Shown piece by piece: positions 45,347 to 60,399 of a DNA stretch of 64,000 nucleotides. Under the pieces are notes generated by a model. It made no database searches. It saw only the letters and a program-made list of their open reading frames with translations, and had not been told where the DNA came from. How positions within the stretch are numbered: position 1 is the stretch's first letter; each line of letters begins with the position of its first letter. A program made the translations under genes and the position numbers. The stretch spans positions 61,132,001 to 61,196,000 of the forward strand of contig OZ296650.1 of assembly GCA_965655095.1 (NCBI GenBank), read 5' to 3'. Source of the stretch: Haplodiscus bocki. Lineage: Eukaryota.

Positions 45347-46223
45347 TGGGAAAACTTTCGACTTTGAAAATTTTAGGCTCCCAAAATTTATAAAATGTTG
45401 ACGAAAAATTAGTTCTTTGAAAATTTTGAAATCGTTTTCAGGAAAAATTCCCCGGGCATCTGTATCAAAGTTTTTTTCCGGGCCTCAAAACAACAAATAA
45501 AAAGAATTTAATAATTTTTTGTCGAACATTTCGTTTGCTGCTGCAATTCGAAGTGTTTGAGATGGTATAGTAATCCTTTGGATATCCTCTATTTTTCGAT
45601 TTTAAATCTCGTGATTTATCGCTAAACGCTTCCAGTTAGGTTTTCTGGTCAATGGGTTATTCGGAACCCAAATATCGAAAGTTATTGTTAGTTAGTTTTA
45701 CCTATTCAACTATTTTTTCGCAAAAATCCGGTCGACGAACTGAAGTCGGTCAGGGTCGTGAAATTCTTACAGTGCATGACAAACTTCAGCTTTTTGTGTT
45801 TTCGTTGTCATTTTTTTTACGGGATATCAAGTTCGTCTGCGAGTGTTGGAAGGCGGATGGGGAGGTGCATGTATTGGAAAGAGCCCAGATACATTGAGGC
45901 GACGTGTTTTTCTGAAAATCAGTTCAAGTTCCAGAAACTTATCATCGGGCAAATTGTGCTTGAAAAAATTAGAGAGATTGCTATATAGTGCTTAATCTAT
46001 TTGATTTCATCCTCCACACAGCTATTTAATCGAGGTATTTATTGAAGGAGCTGACAAAAATTATGGCTCTTTGAAGATAATGAAGTTAGTTTTACCATTT
46101 TCATATATGATAAATTAAAGTTTTTATAGAGATTAATTGTGTTGAAGAGTATTGAACTGTTTGTAATACCGCAATTTAGAAAATTCAATTTTATTCAGCA
46201 TTATTGCGTTTTTTTGTTTTCAG

Positions 46224-46280
46224 ATATGAGTGAGCCAAGGTGGATAAAATATGCGTTGATGGCCGTCTCATCTTTGATAG
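46224..46280 (+). CDS. Isolated candidate 57-nt exon (MSEPRWIKYALMAVSSLI), gene unknown
   Basis: Strong acceptor (tttttttgttttcag|), donor AG|gtacct and an open symmetrical phase-1 frame. No partner exon identified. Confidence 0.3.
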
Positions 46281-47530
46281 GTACCTAACAAGTTTTCATT
46301 ATACTGCACTCTCGGTTTTCTGCCGTGGACGGGATGAGCCATATAATGGCATGTATGTCATTAGCCGGATAAATAAAATAAGCCTCTGAATCTTGTCAGA
46401 ATGTATTGACTAAAATCGAGTCAGAAGAAAAACGGACGTGCAGCTCGGCAAAATCTCGGCTTGACTAAAAATCTGAATGAAAGGATGTTTGAAACAGTTT
46501 TTTTGCACCTCCCTCCCACTCAAACGCGAGTTTTTCGGCAATCAAACGCGAGTTATTACAGATTTACAAATTGGCTCATATTCGAGTAGCTGGTCATCGA
46601 GAGTCCACTGTTTCTTTTTGGAACGTTTCAGAACACTTTCGGTGAGATCAAAAATTTCTAGTAAGTGTAAGTGGATAAATTCTTTAGATTACTTTCACTT
46701 TATCTCAAGCGAAACCATATACGAGCCAAATATGAGTAAGTTGAAATGAAGTTTCAGTTTGTGTTCCAAAACTAGGTGAGAGACCTTTTTTTAGTCCAAA
46801 GCAAGCATGGTACTTGTTATCGCTGAATTCATGGCATCCTTGATGCTTGTGCTGTAAAAATTATATCTTCATAGTGCACCAATGGATTTGAAAAATTTCC
46901 GTGCATTTCAAAGCGAACTTTCGATTTCAACACTTTCTCTTTAGAAACTTCAACATACGCTGTGCAAAACTGATTCATGAAAATAAGTCAAAAAGACTTG
47001 AATTGACGCTGCCGGTAATGCTCGAATTATGCAAAAAGGGCAACTGGTGTCTCAAAATATTTGAACAATCGAACAAAAGCTTCGAGTCCTGAAAAGCCTA
47101 AACTGACATACACTGGGGGTCGCGACTTTTCGCGAATTGGAACAAAAATTACATCAAGTCTAACCAGTTTTCTCCAAGCATCGTGAATATGCGTGAAAAC
47201 GGGAAGCCGCACGTTTCTTCAGTTATTTAAATGATTTTGATGATATTTACTGTTTTGCAGTTCAGCACTTCAATATTAAATTATGCAGACCCCTTAGGAA
47301 GCAGTCAGAATAACCAAAACCATGTTGAGTAGTGCAAATCTTTTCCAAAAGCTGCAAATGCTTCATTTGCATGTGAACTAGATCAAACTTGAGCACCTGC
47401 AAAACCCGTAAAAATCCTGGATTATAATTAACGCTTCTCTGTAAGTTAATTGGCTTCGCTTTCCTTTAGTCATCCCACTGCTGAAAGATCAGTGTAAACA
47501 AAAATAGTTTCTTGCTTATTTACGATCAAC

Positions 47531-47616
47531 GCGGTCTAGTGGGTTGGCCAAAATAGTTGCGAATAGTCAGGTCGCGTGCTCGAATCCCTGTACAAGCTGT
47601 ATATGTACTTTTTTTT
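47531..47616 (+). mobile_element. tRNA-derived SINE-like head
   Basis: A-box-like GGTCTAGTGG and B-box-like GCTCGAATCC about 35 nt apart, followed by a T-run; no complete cloverleaf. Confidence 0.4.
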
Positions 47617-48384
47617 CGAAAAACGTACCAAACATGGGAACTCTGGTGCATTTTCTTTCGTGATACCCTTTTGTAGATCTACCGGAAAAACCAGAATTTT
47701 GGTGACGACCAATATAAAAATACCACAAAATACTCCAGAAAAAAAACGATCATTTCGAGACCAAAGGGTGTGTCGATTTTGAGCTTTTTTGGTTTGTTTT
47801 TTTTCGCCAAATCTTTTCAGAACCTAATCATCGACAACTTTTTCAGTTTTGACCGTTAGAATCATAAGGTTTTTTTTCGGTTTGCTATTTTTACAATTAC
47901 TGTGAATGACAGTAATATAGACTTGCTGAATTGCGAATTTTTTCTAGATCTTGAAAGTTTTAATAAAACTTCGTTTATCCACTACGTTTGAAAAAAGGGC
48001 TTCAAACCAATAAGCTTTGCGGTTTGTTTTCAAATTTGCAAAAAATTTTGATCACCTAAGTTATAACTAATTGATTGAGGTCGTGAATCCAAATTTAACT
48101 TTTTTCTAGCAAACACGTCGTTGGCATCCGGTGTTGTGATTCTGAAAGTGACAGTTGTGCCTCCATGCTTTTACAGAAGCTGAAGGATTTCGATATTCTT
48201 ACGGTATGGTATAAAGTTTTTGCCAGAAATATCTAAGAGCAATTGTAAACGCCAAACTGTAAAAATAAAATCGTGAGCGTGCGCGTGTGGTCTAGGGCGC
48301 GTGCGATGCCTGCTTTCATGTTGATTGTCTCTCAGTCAATGCAATTTTTAAAGTGATAACCTACCAATTTTATTAATTTCACAG

Positions 48385-48711
48385 GTCTGGTGTTCGAACC
48401 CCGCTATAGGGTATACTTATAATATTTTATAAGGGCCAGTAGGTGGGAAAAGTTCGGCAGCCGCAGCTTGCGGGCTCAAACCTGGATATAAGCTACGTTT
48501 CTTACATTTTATACCGAAAATTTACCTACTTTCGAAAAAACCTACCGAATTGACAGGTACTGGGCTCGGATCCCAACATAATCTATGTTTTCCCATATTT
48601 TATACTAACAATTATTTTAAAGTGCAGTTTTTTCAAACGTTGAAATCAATTCCGTCCTATGAGTATTTTGAGCCATGCGGGCGGAGCCAACATGGGTTGT
48701 TCTCCGCTTGT
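48385..48711 (+). mobile_element. Dispersed repeat, possible non-autonomous Helitron-type 3' end (copy 2)
   Basis: Homologous to 25760-26047; ends GCGGGCGGAGCC...CTCCGCTTGT. Confidence 0.45.
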
Positions 48712-48759
48712 TTTCTTAAACGTTATGAGAATTTTAACATAATGATAGTTCCAAGAAAA

Positions 48760-50110
48760 CTTCGAAATTACCTAAGTGGTTCAACAACCGGGTGAAACAT
48801 TTTATTAGCGCGAGAAATAAAATTCATAGACAATGGAAAAGTAACAAGTTTGACCTATTTTTGTTGCAAGATATTAGACAGAAGACAGAGAGCGAGATCA
48901 AATGGGCAAAAAAAACTTATCTAACAAAATTCCAGAAATGCTTGGGAGACTTAGGAACAACATACAAATTGATTAACGGAATAAATGGTCAGAAAACAAA
49001 AGGTGGTCAGATACCGGTACTGAATACATGCCAGTTGCAGTTGGAAGATCCAACTCAAAAAGAATGCGAACCAGTTCAACGAATATTTCACTAACATTGG
49101 AAAAACTGTCACGAAGAATTTAGCAGCGAAGAATCCTGTTTTGCCTGAATCTGATGTACAGAGTATGTTTCTGTATAAAACAACCTGCGCTGAAGACACT
49201 TCGATAATTGTTTCTCTTTATGAGAAATTCTCCTCGGGAGACGATGAAATACATAATGCTCTTGAGTTGACAAGTAGCGTTACTGTGCCATACTTGACTA
49301 CCCTTATTAATCGGTCTCTCGAAGAACGTGTTTTTCCTGATTCTCTGTTGAAAAAAAAACTAAATTGATTCCATTTCATAAACGGGGTCGAAGTTAGATG
49401 AAGATAACTACCGCCCGATATCACGAATTGTATGGAGCAGAATTTTCGAAAGAGTCCTGCACACCAGAAATAACCTGTACTTCGAAAAATTTAAACTTTT
49501 GCATGACAAACAGTACGGTTTCAGGAAGAAACATTGCACTGTTGAGGCATTTGCTGAAATGACTGAACGAATGCGAGAAAAAAATGGCAAAAATGTAACC
49601 AACTTTTTTCTGGATTCAAGAAAATCTTTTGATACCATCGCCCCTTGTTTAATCCCAAGAAAGCTGGAATTATACGGACTGCGAAATAACCGCTCTAACT
49701 GGTTTAGGAGTTATCTTTTTGCTCGGCAAAAACCCGTTCATTTGAGTAAAGATACGTCCGACTGGTTGGATATAACTTGCGGTGTTCCTCAGGGAACGAT
49801 CTTAGGACCATTCTTTTTCTTGATTTTTATAAATGATCTGCCGAAAGTTGCAAAGCATGCAGAAGTGTTCCTTTTTGCTGATGATTCAAATGTTACTGCT
49901 CTGAATCAACCAAATGAAAATGTAGAAGAGGACTTAATGGCAATCTCGAAATGGTTAATTGCGATTAAATTAGTAGTGAATATTGATAAAACTTGAAAAT
50001 TGAGCATAGGTTCCAGTGCCTCAAGTTTTTCGAAATATCCTCATGTAATTTGTTACTCAGTCATCAGTTGTAACCCAGTATGCAAATATTTAGGAATAAC
50101 TTTTGACTAA
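48760..50110 (+). pseudogene. Decayed CR1/L2-like LINE reverse transcriptase fragment
   Basis: QYGFRKKHCT, FLDSRKSFDTI, GVPQGTILGPFFFLIFINDLP, LFADDS (ORF 49499..49996), then KYLGITFD; upstream pieces in 48792..49094 and 49141..49368. Confidence 0.92.
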
Positions 50111-53100
50111 ACTTTTCCGAATAATCGAAACATTCAATTTTTTTTCTTTCTCTGCAAATTGTTACATCTTCTAGGCCTCACGTGGATTTTGACACTCTAT
50201 AGCCAGGGCTAGCTGAAAAGCAGATCTCTTGATCTCGTTACCAGTCATCTCCGAGTCTCTGCACTAAATATCGAAACTATAAAAAGTTTTGATAACCTTC
50301 GGAGAAATTAATTCATCTTCTATAGTTGGTTACGCTTCGACTTTTCTCAATACATGTTTTGTCATAGAAATTTGAATGTCAACTTTTCATAGTTTTTTTG
50401 TTTTCCAAGGAGCCTTCCTCAGTGTCCAGTGCTGCTGTGAAAATGTTTCTACTGCATTTGTGAATAGCGGGCTCTAAGTTTTCACCAAATAAGATACGGT
50501 TATATTTCCAAACTTTTTCCAAGGTTTTTTTGCAAAAAAAGTTTGAAAATTCATGTTTGCATTGCAGTCTTGAAGTTTCAAACGCGTTCTTCAATGCTGA
50601 ACGACATTTTGTCACCGTTACTTGCCAACTTCTTGAAACCTTGGAGTTCCCAGTTGCTGTATAGTTGAATTTAGGTGTAAGCCGTACTTTCGACGTTTTT
50701 TTTTACTCAGTTTCCTTCGCAGTCTCATATTTTGCCCTTTGCAAGGTCAATTTTCATTACTTGTGTAATTTTCTCGGCGAATTTTTGGTTTACATCCGCG
50801 CAAATGAAAATCACCCTGAAGACACTGCACCCCGTGACCTTTAACCTCGGTACATTTAGCCCATTGGACATTTCGTCCCACGGACGTTTTACCCCCACAC
50901 TTATGAAAAACGGAATGCAAGAAGATTATTTGTTGCGTGATTAATGTGGTAATAATCGAGCAAACTTCATTGAAGGCATTGACCTAAAAGCCGCCGCTCT
51001 TTATTTGGACGCAAATTAGTAAACAAGCATCAATGTGTGTTCATTACGTCATCATCGAAAAATTCGAATAATTCAATGCACTCAGTAACTACAACTTTTA
51101 AAATCAAAACGATTATCTCAAAATGAGTACTGTTTTGTAAGCAGGAATATAGCCCTAAATAATTTTACGTTCAATGTTTTCGATGTGCCAAACACTGATT
51201 ATGACTCACTCACACAGAAGTAGTGCAAAAGTGTGTAGTTCTGACGTTTACCTTCATACGTTCCTGTTCATGAGCATATTTTTCAGAGCATTATTCAGGA
51301 GAATGAGCCCAGTAGTGAAGCAGTTGCCAGTTATCTGACTTTCATGATTTCGTTCGTAGTCTCTCCTGGAATTTTTCCAAAATGCTCAAACTTTAAATCC
51401 CAATTTTCTCAATTTCCTATTTTCCCAGAATAGGAAAAATCGGAATGCGGTGCGGGAGAAGAAGAAATCATAATAATGCCTGAATAATTAAATTTTCCGG
51501 TGAGAAGAGCCTTCTTGTTTTCGGGAAAATTGAAGTTTCTGACGTCTACAATATATAAGCAAAATTTTCAATAATGTGTTGAAAAAGTTTAATTTGACAT
51601 TTACAGGCTGGCCTTCGCCCTGCTGAAGATAAATATATTCTCATTTTCAAACGCGCTTTTCTCTATCAACTCCAATTCTTGGTTTCTTCCCCGTCCAAAT
51701 CTCCATAGCAGCTGCAAATGTGGATCTTTCTTAGTTTTCGCTTCCTCCATCAATTTTTCCAGCGTTTTCGACAGACTTAGATGGGAGACAGAAGAGAGCT
51801 TGGTTGCCAATTTCACATCCTTCAACGGCATTGATGATTCTGGCAACGCCGTCCAATGCGGCCTCTATTATTCCATACTGAAGGGAAACAGGTGGCTCTC
51901 AACTTTCTATCTGGTTTTTTGAAATACGAAAATAATTCTTTTTTTTTCAAGTTTATCAGTCGAGGGAGTCCTGCTCTCATTTTTCTGAATTTCCTCAACG
52001 ACCAGCTCGAACCAGGGTTTCTTTTTATACTCGTTTGATTTGGAGGGAAGGATGTGTATTGTTAACGGCCTATGCTCGGTTTTGTTTTCTCCGGTCTGAA
52101 ATTTTCATTTTTGACGTTCTCCAGTGTACATGGTCAAAAGGGCCTTTTTTCAACAGTTTTCTAGGACATGCTTATTTTCTATTTCAGAAAATTGTAAAAC
52201 TGTCGAACGTTAGTCTGAAAAAATAACAACAGTTTTTCTGAATGTTAAGTTTTTTCACGACAATGTTTTTGAGGAGACATTGTGTGCAGTGAATTTGGTG
52301 TCCCGGAAAAACGTTGCAGCTCTCCAAATGGTTAAAATAAGAACAAATCATGAGGACTTCTTTCAAGTCGTTACCTACCTCGTTGCAATTATCAAAATTG
52401 TCGGCTGCAAACTGTGGAAATGACCAGTTTAGGCTGAGAATATCAAATATTTTTACATTTATTTGACCAAAATTGTCAATTTTCATTTTGATTTTTCAGC
52501 TAAGAGTCGCAATTCCTGATGATTAACAAATGAGGTAAGAATTTTCTGAAGGTTGCTTGAAGTGCTCTTCATTAGTATAAACTATTTTTTCACATGTTTT
52601 CTGGAACACCTGGTTTTGTTGGTTTCTGCGCTGCTTACGCTGTAAATCTTTTAATATTGAGCTGCCAGTTAGCTAAAATAAAAACAATAATTGAGAGATT
52701 AACTTTTTGAGTAAATGATCCTGTGACTGGTGTTGGTGCCAATTCGACTCGAACACTCTTCTGATCGACATCTAACCTGGTTTTTCTAAAATTGTCATGT
52801 TTCCGACGAAGGATGAGTTTTCTCAGGACCGTTGATGGGTATACTTTATCTTTGACGTCAACTGACATCTTTAGAATATGTTGCGTAGTTCGATTTATTT
52901 TTGGTGTTCAAAGCTTTCAGGAGCCGAAGCTGGTAAAAAGCCAGCGATAGTTTGGGTTTCACTGGTTCAACTTTTCAGCCCTAGACAACTTATTTTCCCA
53001 GTGAAGTTATGTGTTAAATGGAAGAAGCATTCCGATACGCTAGCGATGAGTAGCGGCTATTCGAAGAGTTTATTGTTCGCCAGCTCAAATTCGGTAATTT

Positions 53101-56100
53101 TTTCGAGATTTGAATTCAGGAGGGTGGCAACAGAATTTCCAAGAAATGTGTTTTGATGCTTTCGTTTTTTTTTCGAAAGAAAGCCCTACATGCACTTTGG
53201 CGTTATTCCACGAGCCTGAAAGTGAATGGTGTAGAGCCAACTAATCGTTTTTGGGCGTAATTTAACATTCTAGCTGTGCCTAACTTGTTCTTTCATTATT
53301 TCTGTAGTATTCGTAGCCCTCTACAGTTCGTAGCCGTCTACGACGAGATTTGTGTTTGATTTCCTATATAGTACGAATTCAACTATACCCATTTTTGTAT
53401 TGTCTTCAACTGTTCAGTGATTGACTCCGAGACATCTCTCCACATGGTAGTTTCACAGCTTCTTCTCACATATACTTTTCACGCTTTTTTTAAAGGACTC
53501 AAAATGAAATGCTTCTTCTTTTTAAACCGTCTATTGCGTCTACCTAATTAACTTGCTTCTACTAATGCGGAACCATCAATGTTTTGACGATGCTTTTTAC
53601 TTGTTTTTGATCTTATTAATAATAACTGCTTTTGCTTCATAAGGAATGCAGTTAGGCCACACTGAATAATTATTTTGGGTTGAAATGTCTTTCAAGTTAA
53701 ATGTCTTCGGGGTGATATGTCCAGACACCAATTTTTCCATAATCATTTTTGGTTAGCTGCCAATGTATTTTTGGTGATGTTTGGTTCTGTCTGGAAGCCT
53801 TCGGAAAAACTTTGAGATCATGGAAGTAAAACCACACAATTTAGACCGATTTTTTCATAAGCCTGCTTCTGGAAACATAATTTGTACACTACTAATATGC
53901 CAATGTTAAAAGCCCTCAGCGCTACATTATCAGTTCTGATGTAGATAATGAAATCGAGTTGTGAAGGAGCCTTCTCAAAATTTTTTCCAGAGGAAAAAAT
54001 GCAAATGTTGTTTCTGCCTTCAGTTGATCTGTGACCGTTTGAGTTGTTGATCTGGGTTCGTCCAAGTTTTTATTAGACAGCGAAGGTTTTGACTGCAAAA
54101 TTCCAATGGACAAATCTTTTCTTGGTGGTCGTTGTTTTCTCGCGTTGGGTGCGGCAAGATGCCTACTGGTATTTTTTTCAAACTGCATTTTTTTCTGAAA
54201 TTTATAGTCAATATTATTCTGCTTTGATATCGAAAGCGAAAGATATTATAGGAACTATGTGGAGCTTTTTATGCGCGCCTTCAACTCTTTACCGCAGACA
54301 CGTCTATCACACTGCACGGAGTTACAGTAATATGTGCTCAAATTTTATGTCATCTAATTTGTATCATGGCTGACTTAACATATCGTTTTTTTGGAAAGTT
54401 CTAATGATTATATCGTTAGGTTTGCGCTTTCTTTTCAACACTTTTTGTTTTCACCTTCCGAGTTAACTGATTGGCAACCAATCTGGAGAAATCAATACAA
54501 ACGTTAAAAATTTCTTTCCACTCTTTCACTTAAAATTTTAACATTTTCTGCTGAAACATATACTTACATATTCCAACGACCGAAGAAAAAGTTTGAGGAA
54601 GTGTATATAGTAGCACAGTTGGATTTTTAGGACGCTCTGAAGCGATGCGAGTTAACTCCTCGTTACTAGTTATTACGCAAAGTCGTGTTTTTTTTACATT
54701 TTAAGCTGCCTCCCCCGGTGCGGTAAGTATCTGTCGACTTTCAACCCGATTTGACCAAATGGTAAGAAGCGTATCTGAAACGGTACAAAATCGCGTTTTG
54801 GCACATTTTGTTACAATCCATAGTCTGAGTTTCTTGCCACAAGCGGCTCATATCCGGCATTTATTTTACCCAACTACATCAACTTTTTCGCGTAATTTCG
54901 ACTAAATTGAAACCAGCAATAATGCTTCGAAGCTGTCGCGATTTGCGTAGTAATTTCAAAGTGTGTGTTTTTTGGTGTCCGAAATCAACCAGGTTTTGTT
55001 AGAGATCGGTTTCCAATTTTTCGTGGAAAAGCTCTTCTTTGACCTTGATGCCTAGAAATGTGTTATTCAGGCCCTAGAAATGTAGTAAATGCTTAATTGG
55101 CCCTTTGTTTAAAATTCCTGAACTCAAGAGGGGTTGTTTACGTGGAAAAGACATTATTTGATGGGAAGTCAACTCGCAATATCAACTTCGACAGCCCTAT
55201 TTCCTCCCCATTCATCGAGTAGTTTCATATCAGGCAGTAGCAGGGTTGCAAGGAGCTGAATTGATCAGTGCGAAGTTTTAGTTTGATCAACATTTTCACG
55301 CTTGCTGTTGGTTTGGCAAAACATAGAACCTTCAACATTGGCTCGAAATCTATTTTGTCAGCGCTGCTGATACTGAGAGTCACTGAATTGCTTTTTGCTG
55401 AACTGTGGTGGAAATTTCAAAAAATGTCGAACAGTGTATGTAAGTCTTAGTCCACTTGCTTTGTTTTCCTAACACGAAATTTTTATTGTTTTTTTTTTGA
55501 TTTTACGTTTCTCAGTGCTTCAATATTCAATCCCCGGAAGGTGCCTTTTTTAATGTCGAAGGCGAAAGTTTTCATCGAGGCATTGACTTTCGTTTTCCAG
55601 ATGACTGAATTTGGCTGACACTTCTGGCTCAGTAGTTGCTCACTGCATGCACTTACAAACATACTTGGGTTGCAAATCCGTGTGTAAGTTGCATGCCCGT
55701 TACTGCTTGCGTCAGGTACATACGTATGCTTAACATTTTTATCGCGTACTTTACAGAAACAGTTCTTAGATTGCTTTTCCATTGTAATTTTACCTTTTTC
55801 TCTTCGAAATTAATTTTTTCGATGCAAATCAGGAAACCGCTCTACGATCGTTTCAAATTGCGGAAAAAGTTGTATTTGTGCGAAAAAACTGTTCTTGTCC
55901 TCTCACTTAGAGAGAAACTGCTACTCCACATCTAAAATTTCTGAAAGTTTTCAAAACTGCCTTTCAATTCTTTTGTGCTGGAAGCGAATCCTGAACATTT
56001 TTAAATTGAACAGTTTTGGAGAGTTTGCTTGACAAGAATCCGAAGAAATTTTGTTCCGGTTGTCGCTAAAATAGCATATCTAGTTTCAAAATGGTTTTCC

Positions 56101-59100
56101 TCTTTAATTACCCACTCCATTACTTTAATATCTAAATCGATGGAAGAGCTATTATGTCTATATTGATTCAAGTAGAATAGTATTCCGAAGTTTGGTTGCG
56201 TTTGCTTGAAATTATGGTTCAAATATCGTCAATAAAACATATAATGTAGACTTTGGACAATTTCAATCGCTTTACCATCAAAGTACTCACTGAGTTCAAT
56301 TCATCTGCGGCCTAATGGAAAGCCGTATGTGCATTGATTGAAGTGGTGTCGTTTCTCGTACTTTTACTGACCACAATTAATGTACTGCTATTACTGTACT
56401 GAAAAGGCGCATGATAACGATTTTAGTCGACTTTCAAGTTTCGTTTTCTTTTCAAGGTATGGACTTTCCTTTCATATAGAGATCAATCAAAAACTTGTCT
56501 CATATAAATTGATTGAATTGGTCCCGATTCGCTGATTTTTGTGATATGTTCGATGATATTGTTCAAAGGAAATCAGCTCGTCAATTTAACGTTCCATTTT
56601 GCCTTCTTGAGCCTAAGTTGAAGGGTATTTTCTAATCTCTTTTGTTCTGTGTCTGAATCGTCAAACTCCGTCGAACTTCTGCCCAATTTTTTACTTTTCA
56701 TCATTAGAACTTTAAAATGTATACTTCATTGCATTTAAACTTTCCCGTTGCCTTTATATTTCTTCTTTGAAACGAAAAAAGTTTTTTCTCTTTGATTTCG
56801 ATAGTTCAACAATGTCGCACATCAGTTTGCAGTCTTGGCCAGCCATCGTTTGCTGATAAAATGTTCTTTTCGTATGCGAAAGCGTTTCTAACTGCGTTCG
56901 TATTTAGATGAAAACGGGTGATACGGATTTTATCCTGAAATTGTAGCTCTTTGGCCATCCACGTCACCATTTTTGCTACTAAAACAAAATAAAGTAGAAA
57001 AACGGCAAAAAACGATTGCAAATGCTAAAAAAAAAGATTTTTAATTTCGAAAAAGCTGTCCATTCAGGTTCTCCAACTTGATTTTTTGAAGAAAAAATCA
57101 TGGTCTTTCCAGAAATTTGGATTGTTTGCCGAATCAGTTCATTTACTACTAATACATCGCAGAGCAATATTAGAGGCACAGTTGGCATTTTTGGAGCGAC
57201 TTTGAATAGAGCAAAATAACTTGGTATATCATTGGAATTTATCACAAGCATTACATTTTCGTAAAACTACAGGCTTCGATTTTTCCGTGATACTGCATTG
57301 CAAATTCAGAAAGTATTCCGCTATATAGAGCATAGTACGTCTCAGCTACCTGCATGTAATCTAACGCTCGAAGCTCTTTTCCGTGTTAAGTTTTGTCTCC
57401 AAAATTTTCAGTTTTACGGGTGGAACAATCAGGATGAAACATCTTCGAATTCTCGCTTCAAAAATTTTTCTAAATTTCATTTTGTTTACTTTCTGAAACA
57501 AAAGTGCGTCAGAACCTAGCAAGCTTGTGTTTTTCATTTGCTCTCCTCAAAAGTTGGTTTTTGCTTCATGTGCTTCGATATTCAAGCCACCCCAGGGTCT
57601 ATTTAATTAATTTTTTGCGATGTTTGAGCCTCATTTTCAATATCTGATCCGGAGGCATTCGATTTTAATACATACCTTAGCTTTTTCACATCCTCTTTTT
57701 GATGGTTGTGACATCAAATATTAACGTTTCAAATTTGTTCGACTTCACAATTTCCTATTTGAGCTTGCATACATGTATGAAGTCAAACTAGAACTAAATA
57801 GAAATCATAAATGTATCTACAAACATAAATGTATCCTTATTTGGTCACAACATTTTGGAAAAATTCTCGAAACTTGATAATTATAAGCTTCTGTCAGATA
57901 ATTTGAATATTTTTGAGACATATTCTCGAAATTTTGCGGTGCTTATGACCATGCTGCTGCCCAGGTCTTCCAGAAAACTTCCAAAAAAAACTAAGGCCCA
58001 GGTCTTCCAAAAAATTGTCAGCTAGATTGTAATGCGATACCTCAATACCACCAGCTTATTAGGATCGACGCCGTTTTTCGGATAGAAAAACGCGATCATG
58101 AGTAGCCTTTGTTTTTTCATCGCTTGAAACTAAGAAAAGTTCGGGTACGAAAGTTTTCAGGCATCCATCAGTTTCAGTACCAGGACTTCATGTTGGAAAC
58201 GCCAAAACATTTTTATGTTCGAAAATTTTTTGGACCCCTTCGTTCCATTTTTTTTCGGAAAGGTTTTTGCCATGAATGTTTGAACGGATGACTTTCTCAG
58301 CAGTAAATTTGGTACCAAATAGTCCTTAATTAATTTTTCAGCGCTGCATGGGAATTTTCTTACGATTAAAAAAATTATCAAGCTTTTTGTCAGAAAATTC
58401 TCAATGTCTCAAAAACAACGACACCAGAGATATTTTGGATAGTTTTCTCGCGCATTACTAGCAGTTTTGTGAATCATCAGAACGTCTATCACCACAACCT
58501 AAGTGCTCGAATGCAACCGTTTTTGAGACATTTGGCAGGCACTTTTCGCGTTTTAAATATTTGAATTTAATGAATATTAGGCTGTACAAAATCCTGACCC
58601 AAAAAGTATGATTGACTTCAATTTCTCAGCTTGAAACAGTGAAGTAGGTATTGGTGTCCCAAAAAACCTACTTGTCAAAAGTTTTGAACTTTCAAAATGG
58701 TTGATTTTTGGAAACAAAATGCCAGAGTATTTTCCGAAACATCTCTCTTGTCTATCACGAGAACCTGTGACGTCATCAGAGATTCTAGTTGTCTATTGTA
58801 AATGGTCAAAAGCGATTTCTTAGAGACATTTGGCAGGTACACGTCTGTCTTGGCGTTCTGAAAGGTGCCAACATTTTAAAGCATTGATCTGAAAAAATGA
58901 ACAATAGTGTCCAAAACGGCCATGTTTAACATATCAAGATTGTAAATATAAGACAGTATGGCAAGTACTTGTTCATTTATCGTTGTAGAATGTGTATTTT
59001 TGCTAAAATTGGGCTGTAAAATGGCGTAAACTAAAATAATGACTGACAGGTGAAATTTTTGAGACCAATTGCTCATTGGGCTGTTTCAATTGCGCAAGCA

Positions 59101-60399
59101 AGTGTTGTCTGACAGATACTTTTGTCCATTTTTCCCAATAGTTACGTAAATTCTGTAAATTTCTGAGATCCTCAAAGGTTTCGGAGACATCAGGGGCTCG
59201 AGTGAGTTATCAGCTCCTTGAATTGAGAAAGTTCATTAGTAGTAAATGAGTATCAAGAATTTTTGAAATGACATTGTTCTATTATTTCAGTTTCAGTTAT
59301 TTAATACCAGTAACAAAGAATTTTGGCAGCTGCGAAACGTCATTTCTCATGAAAAGAATGAACTTTTGAAGCGTGGAAACCCGTGCTCTCTTCGGGATCA
59401 AAAGACGTCTAATTAGTATGAAAACTTCAAAAACAATACTTGAACCACTGAAAAGTTGAAAAATGTGACAAAGTTGTGAAAATGCCTGAAAAGATAGTCT
59501 CTAACTCTTGGAATTTTGATCAACGAAAGCTGTATACTTTCCTACATTATCTTTTAGACTTTTCAGTGTGAAATCTCGAGCTTCAAAGTGCTCATTTTTG
59601 GCTAAAGAGTTCACGGAATAAAATAATTTTGTGTGCGTTATTTGATGGTATTTGATTCCCGTTTTAGCTGTGCACTTTCTGAGGCAATTGTGGAAATTTG
59701 TGCAGCTATGTGGGAACCATCTTGATTTCATTCTACATTCCAGTCCCAAGCTAATTTTGATCAAGAGGACCGCTGACGTATCCAGGGTAACAGAGATCAT
59801 CATCCAAAGCTGCCAGCGTTTTCCAGTTAGTGTTTCAATGACAAACCTTTTATGACTACGTTTGAACATGCAGTGGAGTCCCACTTCGAGGGACCATACG
59901 CCTGAGAACTAGGCTCAAACGAAAGAGGGCCTCCAAATCTATGTTCAAATGTTTTTAGCGACAATTTTGAGTGGATATAGCGACCAGTGAAAGTTATCTT
60001 GTTAGACAAAAATTTTCATCATTACGCCTACTGAATATATAGTTCAATTTGCGCCTGCAGCTGGGCTATAAAGAGCATGCTTTCTCTGAAGTTATCAGTC
60101 TATCCAAAAGACCTTTTCTGAGATACTTGGCAGTTACTTGTTATTTTAGCTTCTGTGATGTGCTAATTTTGTTAACATTAGTTTATAAAGGGGCATTATC
60201 TCAACGCCATGATTGACAGATCAAAATTTTGAGTTTGCGACAGCGTGACAGATAATTTATTCATTTTTGTGTTTCAGAAGGTACTAATTTCTTTTCCGTC
60301 GAAAATAAAATTTTTCGAAAGGAAAGTATATCATTCAGTATGGGAATTTTTTTATTTTTCGTCGAAAAAAAATGGAAAAGAAACTATTCAGTTCAGTAG

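Noticed and set aside
51286-52534. Exon-like pieces at ~51286, ~51429 and ~52500 with good splice signals
   Set aside because: They could not be joined into a stop-free coding model; they may be UTR/non-coding exons or chance.
53700-53960. Maverick/Polinton packaging ATPase remnant on the minus strand (RAFNIGILVVYKLCFQK...IGLNCVVLL)
   Set aside because: Faint resemblance only; no Walker A, polB or integrase motif could be recovered nearby.
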